DNA from: Paraspadella gotoi
Lineage: Eukaryota > Animalia > Chaetognatha
Direction of reading: 5' to 3'
Length of the DNA: 64,000 nt
NCBI GenBank assembly: GCA_051294375.1
Contig: CM119265.1
Coordinates: forward strand, 1,954,267-2,018,266
How positions within the stretch are numbered: position 1 is the first letter of the stretch; each line of letters begins with the position of its first letter. The notes beneath the pieces were generated by a model. The model searched no databases, was not told the DNA's origin, and saw nothing but the letters and a program-made list of their open reading frames with translations. The position numbers were made by a program, and so were the translations under genes. Of this stretch, positions 36,291-46,936 are shown piece by piece.

Positions 36291-38152
36291 CTGAGACTGG
36301 CTGGTGCGAAGTCGCTGGCTCTCTAAGAGGAACGGGAGATAAATGAGACTTGAATAAGTCTGCCAAAATAAATGTATAATCAAGAAAGGAGCTAACTGCT
36401 CCCCAAGTGACTCGAGACTCAAGTGAATCTCTCTCTCTGCCTTGGTGACAACTGAAACTCGATGAAGAGGAGGGGAAAGGGGATGAAAAAGAGGTGGAAG
36501 AGGAGGAAGCTCCGTGGCTCGCGCTCGTGAGAAGAGGAAAAACTGGAACTAAAGAAAATAACTACTCTTCCCTCTCTGTGCCTCACCTTTTGCCCGAGAT
36601 GACTCGATGGGTCTTCATAGACGTATCGAGTCATCGTAAAGAAGGAGACAAAGGAGGGGAAGGAAAGGACAAGGAACTAGGGGTGGAGGGAGGACGTGGG
36701 GGGGGTCCCGGGTGGTTGGTTTTACAAAGTCCTCAACTCCTTTTCTTCCCCTTTGTCGTTCAGGTATTCCGTCTGCCTCCCTTCCGCCGGATCGAGATGT
36801 CCGTTTCCGCCCCGTTCTTCTTCCTGGATTTTACGCATGTTCTCCTCCCGGCGGCGTTCTCGTCGTCGTCTCTTCCGCCGCCTCTCCCGGCGTTCGGTAA
36901 TCGTTCGCCACGTCCGTCAAAAGGTGGACAATCTCCGCGATGTGTCAGGGCCGTCCATTCTAGGCTCAGCCTGATGGCCGCCTCCGCTCTTTCGTCTCTT
37001 GACTGAGCTACGTTGCTCCCCAGGAGCCCCATCGGACCACTCCTTCCGTATTCATCTGGTTCCGGCGGTTCAGTCATCGTTAGTATCGCCCTTCCTTCTT
37101 CGTTTTCGTACACTGTCGTCGCCATCACCTTCCCGTCCTCACGGAAGTCCTTGAGCAGCGACGTCCAGAATTCGACGCCCGCTCGGTATTTCGTATACGG
37201 ATGGAACTCGACGCTCCATGACGCCGCCTCCCCTTGTTCTGTTTGCGTCACCGGCGGCTTTGCCGTCGCGACCCATTTGTCGGCCATCCACATTAGCTCT
37301 CTCTGCTTTTCGCGCTTTCTGTCCACCCAGAGACCTTCGGGGGTGTATCCTGGATGCAGAGGTGGTCCATCCTCACGGCGATCGCCACGGGGATCTCCTT
37401 GCTGTTGTCGTTGTTGTTCTTCTCTTCGCCTCTGGGGTTTCTCCCTTCGCTGCCATATCGGAGCCGTCAGCTCACCCTTTGCTGGGGTTTCCCCTGTCCC
37501 GCTTCCTGTTGGTCCGTCCATCCGCTTCGCCGTTTTTGCGGGCGTCGTCTCGTCTCTCTCGGGCTCTCTGCCCAAGATCTCGGTCTCGTCTCTCTTGGGG
37601 AGAGCTGTGGTGTTTTCCGGTACATTCGTCGCTCCTTCTCGGGTCTTGTCCATTTGTTTCGTCGGTGATCTGTCGATTGATATTCCACACGAACGTCGTC
37701 ATTTTGGTGGATTGCGTGCCTCGGCACTTTATTGTTACTTTGATGGCATCCAAGTTTTCTCGTCTCTCCCGTTTTTCGCCGTCCTCTCCGGGCATGCGTT
37801 TGCTTTGGCGTCAGTCGGTGGTTTGTGGGGTCGTAGGTTCGGTGCCGCTAATTGGGCGCCACTGAGACTGGCTGGTGCGAAGTCGCTGGCTCTCTAAGAG
37901 GAACGAGAGATAAATGAGACTTGAATAAGTCTGCCAAAATAAATGTGTAATCAAGAAAGGAGCTAACTGCTCCCCAAGTGACTCGAAACTCAAGTGAATC
38001 TCTCTCTCTCTGCCTTGGTGACAACTGAAACTCGATGAAGAGGAGGGGAAAGGGGATGAAAAAGAGGTGGAAGAGGAGGAAGCTCCGTGGCTCGCGCTCG
38101 TGAGAAGAGGAAAACTAAAGAACTAACTACTCTTCCCTCTCTGCCGGCATCA
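36291..38152 (-). mobile_element. ~1.86-kb non-autonomous LTR retroelement
   Basis: About 290-bp direct repeats at 36292-36585 and 37863-~38150; PBS TGGCGCCCAA (tRNA-Lys type) just after the 5' LTR; purine tract GGGCAAAAGG before the 3' LTR; a single frameshifted ORF at 36760-37795. Confidence 0.82.
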
Positions 38153-38325
38153 CCATGTTGAATCGAATTCTGACAGGAAGAAACATAAATGTTTAAATTC
38201 ATTTTTAAGAATCATTTTTAATTAAAATGTTTTTAAAAATAATTACACTTACATCCTAGACCAAGGTGACCTATATTCGCGCATTGATCTAATGCATTAC
38301 TTTTAGTCACGACCGTTCAACTCTA

Positions 38326-38744
38326 CTAATCTCCATTCATATCAAATCCCCATTTATGGTCGTAGTTCAGATCGGCCGAGTTGTCCAAGTCGTCGCAGAT
38401 CAAGACGCTGTTTGGAGTTTCGGCAAGATCTTCCACTTGCTCCAGCGATGGCGCTCCTTGATGGAAAGAGGCGCCGGGAAAGTTGTCGTTGTTATAATTG
38501 TCTCCGTTCGCTTGATGGCAGATTAGTATTTTTCCAAATGGTTCGTCGACTATCTCCCCGCTGTGTTTTATGAGATTTGAAACAAATGTGGTTTTTCCTA
38601 TAAAAATTAAATAACCAAAAGTTTTTTAAGTAGTGATAAATAATTAACTAGTTTCTATGAACCTGAATTTGAAGAACGACCGCTAACATGCAAAACGGAG
38701 TAATTATGTTAGCGTCAAAATGTTTTATTTGATAGTGATTCCAT
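38326..38744 (-). pseudogene. Maverick/Polinton-type (A32/FtsK-like) packaging ATPase remnant with a 65-bp intron (38598-38662)
   Basis: FDANIITPFCMLAV[fs]SSNSG|KTTFVSNLIKHSGEIVDEPFGKILICH...FHQGAP...PNSVLICDDL; Walker A is split by a GT-AG intron, Walker B is intact, and the gene is truncated after it. Confidence 0.8.
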
Positions 38745-41204
38745 TTTTTTTAAAATGATAAGATATAAGGAAAACCATTTATTATATATGATCACTCGCA
38801 ATATGTTAATATTTTTTTTTTTAGGAATGGATTCCAGACAACTAACAAGATAACAAGGAAGCACAAGGAAATCAGGTGACGGTTCAAGAATCAGGGTCGA
38901 TTATTGCCTCACCCCTAGAATTTAATACCGCGATACTAACCCCTGTATTCGCAAGCCCTAAAACGAGGTGCAACCACATTTACAATGGGGGATATATGGA
39001 GGAACGGAGATGGTATTAAGAAATTCTAGGCGTTTTATACCAACAAATCCGCCTTGCGTGAGAGATATTGGTAAAAACTTTGCAATTACCTTACAACTAA
39101 TAAGAGAGAAGAATGAGACAGGAGGAAATTTTGCATTTGAAAAAAAACAAAACCAACAAATTCAACAAATCAATCAGCAGTCAATGATGCTTAATCAGCA
39201 AATGAAAAGATTAGGCAACAAGAGAACTTGATAGCAACCTTACAAACGAAACAGATATCTTTCTCAAAAATTAAAACAGCCTTCTGCTCAATCTATCTTC
39301 TCTCTCATTCAACGAAAGCAGCGCCATCTATCATTTTTACTTCGCCTCGTCCTACTATCTTGCAATCACCTCCATCTATCTTGCAATCAGCTCCATCTAT
39401 CGTTCGACATCCTTTGCCGAACATCAACAATAACAACTATCAAGCAACACCTCTAAAAGAAACGCAATTGATAAACAACCGAGCGCGATTATTTCAACGC
39501 CAACAACTCAGCAAACAACAGCAGGAATGACGATACATCATTCACCATCTTCCTTGCTACTACACTTCTTTCAACCACTCCGTTACAAAACTTGGAACAA
39601 ATGACGGAAAAAACAAATGAAAACATTAAATTATGAAAATGAGTTTAGTAATTATCTTAAGAGAATACAATTAGAGGAAGAGATGGTAAAAGAACAGAAG
39701 AAAGAATTACTTAAGAAAAAGAGAAGGTTACAAAACTATTAACATGTCAGATCAAAGCCAGAGAAGAAAATGAAAAAAAAAAGTTAGAAGAAATGGAGCG
39801 TCAACAACAAGAGACGGCGACCAACAACAACAACAACAACGATGTTGCTTTTCCATCGTTACAAATGAATATGAAAAATTACTCACGACTATTCACCGGC
39901 ACAAAGAAAGTGGCAACAGTAGAGTAATTATCATAGATGAAAAGGAACAAGAAAAATGAGATGGTGGGGATTGAAAACGAAGTGGAAGACAAAAAGGTCA
40001 GATTACACTCAGTTATAGAAAAAGTTAGGAATAATTTAACGATACAATGGAAGATGAGGACAGCGTTGATAAGGCGGTTGAGAATGAATTTCAAATCTGC
40101 GATGATTAGATGAATATCCAGACAGTACGGTGGAAGAGACGGAAAAAGAGGATGAAAGGATGGGTGCGTGATTTGTGGCGAAGAAATGGTGAAACTGAAG
40201 AAAAAGAGGAAATGGTAGAGAGTATATTCTTAACATTAAGAAGCGAAAAACAACTTAGGACTTGTTACATAAAACTTGATAGATTGTCTTCAATAAAAGG
40301 TAAACAGAGTTAGTTATTAGTTTAATATATGATTAGACTAGATAGATTAATAGCAGGTTTAGTTTTAGGTTCTATTATCGCGTTCAAATTAATCGGTTTA
40401 ATTAAATACATATATCACCAAAATTTCAAATTAATGCTTTGGGTATTTTTTAGTAATACGTAAACATATTAGTACTTAATATTTCTTTTCTCTACTTTTT
40501 TTAAAGACAAAGAGACAACGATGATGAGGCCAAAAAAAGCTCCTCCCGGTACCACACCTCGGCCAAACAAAGTAATTATTGAACGCCTAAAGGAGATCCA
40601 AGGTCAGTGGATAAAAAAAATTTACATTGCTCAGTGTTCTTTATCTTATATCGTTATTAATACATTAATAATTAAATTTGTATTTTATTAATACAGCTAT
40701 CTTCGACGATTTACTCGTTTTCTGGAGGAAAACTGAACTAAATTTCGTTCATTAACAAAAAATGTTTAGCTTTGTTGTAAATAAACTTCTCGTTTTTTTC
40801 AAAATTAATTAATTAATAAAATTAGTTACATAAATCTTTAGTTTAAACATTAAAAAAAATTAGATTAATGAGTTTCGTCAATAAATATGAGATAGCTAAA
40901 TAAGACAAGTGAAATATAAAGTTGCTTCCAAAAAAAATATTATAAATGGAAGTTCGCTTTTATCTTTTGTTTTTTCTTCTACAAATATCCGCGAGAGCAT
41001 TTTCAATCTCAAGCAATTAGGAAAAAACAAATGATCCACTTTTATTTCAGCCACAATTGTTTAATTCATTTCAGTCTAATAATGATAAAGGATTTAATGA
41101 AAGTCAAGAGATATAACAGTTCTCAAATATATCCATTGTTACTTCTCATTGCTTAGAGTGATTCTTATATCTTGCATCATATGTTGAAATTGAGAGAGAA
41201 AGGA

Positions 41205-41475
41205 TTGGTGACGTCATGGGCTGAGATGTTGACGTCATGATTTTGACGTCATGAGTTGAAGTGGTGAGGTCATGTCCGGAAATGATGACCCCATGTCCAG
41301 AAGTGATGACCACATGCCTGATGACGTCAAGGCCGGAAGGGATGACGTCAAGACCGGAAGTGATGACGTCATGACCGGAAGTGATGACGTCATGACCGGA
41401 AGTGATGACGTCATGACCGGAAGTGATGACGTCATGACCGGAAGTGATGACGTCATACGGAAGTGATGACGTCAT
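41205..41475. repeat. 21-bp tandem array CCGGAAGTGATGACGTCATGA (ETS + CRE motifs)
   Basis: Four perfect units at 41354-41437, two near-perfect units to 41475, and degenerate units leftward; 11 TGACGTCA sites counted by eye. Confidence 0.95.
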
Positions 41476-41871
41476 CAGATAGGTATGTCAAGAATTTTGC
41501 GTCTGAACGCCTATATTTCCCTCTCTAATAAGCTAATTATTATTATTAGAAACTATGGATAAATTAATAAATAAATATTTTTTTTTCAGCCTAACACTTT
41601 ACCATTAGAACAAGTAATGCTAGATTAATTTTTAGTGAGAAAAAAAAAATTATATCGTTCCAGTATTTTGAGCAGAGTATGCAAATTAAATTTTTATTTA
41701 AAAATGATGCTCAAAACAAAACTTCAAAATTTTTTTTTGAAATATAGAATGGGGAATAGACCATACCGAGTTCCATCCCAACACATGCATATCAAGTCAT
41801 TCCATTCATTATTATAGAAGATATAGCTTCCCTGGACTTATGAAGGAAAGCCAAGACCGGTACTGTATAAA

Positions 41872-41896
41872 NNNNNNNNNNNNNNNNNNNNNNNNN
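41872..41896. other. Assembly gap (25 N)
   Basis: Run of N. Confidence 1.
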
Positions 41897-43104
41897 AACT
41901 CTACTAATCTCCATTCATATCAAATCCCCATTTATATCAAATTCCCAGAAATTACTGCTAGGCGATTTGAGCTTAACCAAAAATGGACAGCCAATCATTG
42001 CGAATGTTGGCATCGAGGATGATTATTTTCGGGAAAATTTTGTTAAAATGGCTAACAGAATTATTATTCGTTTCACAGCTTTGTTGAATATCAAAATTTT
42101 TTTTTGCTGTTAAAATGTAATTTTAAATTTAACTTTCAAGTTTAAGTGTCTCCAACTCGGGAACATCGTATGGATGCTCATATTTTAATCTAGAATCCTC
42201 ACCGGGTCGGAATTTTGAGTCCCGTAATCATAGGTAGGATCCCAGGAAAGCCTTGATTGATTCGGCGATGACCTTGGCAATGATGGTGGGAGAGGCAAAT
42301 GTTGCTCCGAACTCATATGCGTGTTTTCAACCCAGAATGGAGTGGGAATTGTTAGCTACTCGGCACGATGAGTCATAGTTTTTTCACCAGCTAGTTATGG
42401 TCGCAGCCGTTATAAAACGGCTACCCCAATAATCCCGATGAGAGCGAGTAATGTGGCCATTACAATTGTTTCCGCGTCACTGAAATATTATTGAGCAGTG
42501 GAGGTAAAATTAAAATCGACCGCGTGAGCGAGCGACATAGTGTTGGATAGTTTGTAGTCATAGACAAAGTATTTATGGATAAATTAATTAATAATTTAAT
42601 AAATCAAAGATAAAATGGTAATGACAACAATACAATGTTTAAAATCAATATATAGAAAACTAAAACAAAACAGTATGGTTTTGCTTTTATGGCACATACG
42701 GCAGTAAAAACCTTGAAAAACTTGGGCGGGTAACGACTTAGCAAAGATAATAGCGCCATCCTTGAATATAAAAATTGTGGAGAGAAAAAAAAGTATCAAT
42801 CACCGGTGCCTCTAGTCCGTTGTTTGGGGAAAACTCAGCGATGATGAAAATGCTGATTCTTTTGTTTAGTTTGCCAGATCATACACGGCAATGTCTATCA
42901 ACTTATTCAAACTCTAAATCATTTTTAAAAACTTCTTATAATCTTTAGTACTTTAAATTAGAAATAACTTATGATAAGGTAAATGCCAAATAAATGCAAT
43001 GAAGATTTTTAAAGATGTATAAAATACTTAAAAAAATTACCTGAAATCCGCCATGTTTGGAATCAAAGCTGAAGTTGGTAGTCAATACTCAAGAGCCTTA
43101 CTAC

Positions 43105-46100
43105 CTGACTTTGTTTTATCAACATCAATTCCATGTTTAATGAGATGAGTGCGTCCCAAGTCACTCTCGAAATGGCTTTGTATCTCCGTTTAAACATTTT
43201 TTGAACCTGGTGTTTACGATCGCCATCAAATCAACTTTGTCAATGGGATGCTCGTCTGGACTGACATCCAGACTTTCGTCATCTGGATCAAGCTTGAGGT
43301 CAATCAAATGCTGACCTTCTCCCGGTTCCATTAATACCTATGTGATGCCATGCCCATTATGGCGTTTCTGTATAATTCAATTGGTTGACTGTACCAGTTT
43401 TTTATCACTACTGGCACCATCACCCACATTTCTAAATATACAGAGTTGTAGCGTGGTAGGCCTTGGGCTGCTACAATCACCTTACTAGCTGGTGCTAATG
43501 GTAGCGATAGAATAATTGAAGTAAACGATAGTCAGGTAGTGTATATTTATATGAGGATAAATATTACAGTGTTACAACAATTTTCCATTAAATGCAGAGC
43601 AGAGCGCAGCTCTGTCTCCGTGGATTGAAAAGTTGGGAATGACTCTCTTTCCTTTCCTTCCTTTCCTTTTATACTTTCCTCCGTTCCTCCCTAATCACGC
43701 GACCTCGGTTTCCTGACGCGCGCCCAACGCTTTCTCCTTAACAGCTGTCTTTGGTTCCATCGTCCAGCGACGCGCCCGACGCGTCCTTGGCCTCCCGAGT
43801 CACCATCCATAACGACGACAGGCAAACCCACAGTCAACTTCCCATAGTTCTCCTGGCACATCCCCGGTTAGTTTTAAATATGTTATCATCTCTCTTCCTT
43901 CGGGAATAACAATGGTTTCTCCCATTTTAAGGTTACAATCAGATTTAGTTACAATATGATAAATTTTTGCTAATTGTCCCATTTTAACATTATCACTCTG
44001 ATACCTCACTGATAAATTATTACACGTGACCAACCCTTCATTCAGGTTAATATGAATTTTAAATTGACGCATTCCATCTAAACCCATTATACATAGTCCG
44101 GATTCCTTTACAATATAAAATCGGATTTTACGAGCTAAATTATTTACAAAACATAGCACGTTAGCTTCTCCTTCCACAGTAAGCCCTCCTTCCCCAATCC
44201 CGACACGTTGTAATCTACTTTTCCCATAGTGATTGAACAATTTGATTTAGTTAAAATATCTCTCGATACTAAATTAACATGGCTTCCTGTATCGATCATG
44301 ATATGTACGGGATTGGTTTCTTTTCCTCCAAAAGAAATGGTAAGGTGGGGCCCTGGGATTTTTAAATCTATTAATTATACTGTTTCCTTATTCCCTGAGT
44401 CTACCAATTTGTACGAGGATGCCGTCAAATTCGTCTCCGTCAAGAGAGGACCATCTTCGCCCTGGCATGAGGTGACGGACGATTCCTCTGGTGTGTCGAC
44501 AAGCACCTGGGACGCCGGAATTTTGACTCCGCGGCGTTGATCGCTGGAGATAGCGTCCGCCGTGAACGATCCAATCGAGGGACGAGATGATGCCGCTCTC
44601 CCTAGTTGACGCTCGACATTATCCTCAGTTGACGGGAAGGTGACGACGCCGTTCCCGTCGATAGGTGAGTCACATTGGTCCCGCGACTCACCCTTTTTGG
44701 AGGTCGATGATTGGTTGGCGCTTTTGGAGGAACGTTCTTGCCTTGAAGGTTCTTCTTCTTTTGGAATTGTCCTTTGAAGGGTTTCTTGGCTGGTTTCTTC
44801 TCCGGGTGCAACTTCCAGCACTCAGCCTAGACGTGACCCATTTTGTCACAACCCCAAGTCGTCATTCCGATTGGATGCTGTTCCGCCGGGTCGAGCGGCC
44901 GGCCCGGCCGCCACAGCGGCGACGATCGCTTTGTCGCCCTCCGTGATCCCCAAGGTCTCCATATACCTTGCCATCTCCACTGCCTCGTCGAGTTTTTTGG
45001 GGAATCGGAGCCAGATCAGCCGGCCCAGCTCCCCTTTGAGGTTGTTGGTAAATATCTCAAACGCTTTGTCCTCTATCTGCTTGTGTACTCATGACCGTAC
45101 GCCCATACGGTCAGGTTGCGCAGACGTACCGCATAAACCATTAGATCTTCAGCATCAGCCCGGCGGGTGTTCCACAACGCATACCGGCTTGCAGTGTCCT
45201 GCTGCGTCTCCATCACCTGGATCAAGTGATCGCGGAGATCTTCGTAAGTAGACGTTGGTTCTCGGGTGACGAAGTTAACCACCAATGTCGAGGCAGCGCC
45301 CTTCAGAAGGGCCACAAACTTCACTCGCCAGTTCTTCTTGGGGATGTCGCACGCCGTCGCCTCGCCCTCGAAAGCAGCGGAGAACGCCCTGATGGAAGCG
45401 TCCTCTGAAAATTGAGGAAAATCTGCCCGTGTCGGCACAGAGAAATGCACGGTGGTGCCTCCAGCAGCGGCACCAACGGCAGGGACGGAAACCGCTGGAT
45501 CTGCGGCAGCAGCGCCGCCTGTATCCTCCTCCTCCTCCGGTGGTTTTGGCGCCGGACCGGGCATGTTCGGCTCATCTCGCCCCTCCTCGTTCACCATTGA
45601 AAGTTCAGACGTAGCCCGTCTGGGTCTGGTCCGCTCGGGCATTATACGACTCACAACGGCGTCCAGATGCTGACAGAAATCGTTCTGCCTCTCCACCTCT
45701 TCTTCAAGGGCTAATGAGAGACGGTTGATGCCTTGTAGCAGATCGTCGCCCCCCAACCCCGGAGGTAGACGTACTGGTGGTAGCGCAGGTGGGGCGAACA
45801 CTCCCTGCGTCTCTGGTGATGGAGGTGGCGGCGGAAGAGGAGAAAGTGGTGGAGGGAGTGGGATCCGCCCGACGTCCTCCTCCAGCCGGAACAAAGGACG
45901 TGGCAAAGCGAGATCTCGGGGCCGCCTCGCCCCCGTCGTAAGGGGTGTGATCCCTGGGATTGGCGTTCGCTCATTGTCGGGTCAGTCGGCCATATTTCAC
46001 GATCAGTCCCACAAAGATTTCAAGTATCATGACGAGAGATTGCAAAGCAGTAGAGACCAGAAAGGTCGGTGACTCCTCCGGAGCAGCGTAGTAAGATGTG

Positions 46101-46670
46101 TTCGCCAGAATCCTGGCAAGGTCGCCAATTTGTAGTGTGGTAGGCCTTGGGCTGCTACAATCACCTTACTAGCTGGTGCTAATGGTAGCGATAGAATAAT
46201 TGAAGTGTATATTTATATGAGGATAAATATTACAGTGTTACAGGAATTTTTCATTAAATGCAGAGCAGAGCGCAGCTCTGTCTCCGTGGATTGAAAAGTT
46301 GGGAATGACTCTTTCCTTTCCTTCCTTTCCTTTTATACTTTCCTCCGTTCCTCCCTAATCACGCGACCTCGGTTTCCAGACAGCTGATGCGCCCAACGAC
46401 GCACCTGACGCGCGCCCAACGCTTTCTCCCTAACAGCTGTCTTTGGTTCCATCGTCCAGCGACGCACCCGACGCGTCCCTGGCCTCTCCAGTCACGTGAT
46501 TTAGTTCTATCGGATTCTTTGCATATTTCCGTCTTTCTTTCTTTTTCTTCATTCTATCTCCGTCGCTCTCTCTCTCTCTGTATCCGTCGTTCTCCCTCTC
46601 TCTCGATATCCATTGCTCTCCCTCTCTCTTGATATCTCCGTTGCTTTCCCTCTCTCTCTTAGACGCTTCA
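43105..46670 (-). mobile_element. Degenerate Ty3/Gypsy LTR retrotransposon (5' LTR 46131-46670, PBS, gag, protease, pol start) with a partial LTR at 43447-~43800
   Basis: LTR ends TGAAGCGT...CTACA; 20-nt PBS at 46108-46127 complementary to GAATCCTGGCAAGGTCG-CCA (tRNA-Arg-like); gag ORF 45073-45906; decayed knuckle GCDKMGHV*AECW; MIDTGS protease at ~44290; DLGRTHLIKHGID at ~43140. Confidence 0.9.
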
Positions 46671-46936
46671 GAGTATACAGTAAAAATAATTGTTAAAAAA
46701 AAGAAGAATGTTAGTTAAAAAAAGTCTAATGTAATCTTTGCACATGATCTACAGCTATTGCTGCTAGAGGTGCTGCGGTCACTCCGGCTTTCGAGTATTT
46801 TTCTTTATTTTCGTGTCTTCCAAGATCTCGCTGTCTTCCACAAGCCACTTTTTATTTTTTTTCTTTCCAGGCGGTGGGCCCGATGGTGATTTTGGAGGCG
46901 GCGTTTTGTGGGCGCGAATCGTACTATGGGTCGATG

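Noticed and set aside
41205-41475. CRISPR-like array or repeat-protein ORFs (DVITSGH)n
   Set aside because: Head-to-tail repeats with no unique spacers and no cas genes, in a eukaryotic context; the ORFs are by-products of a 21-bp period.
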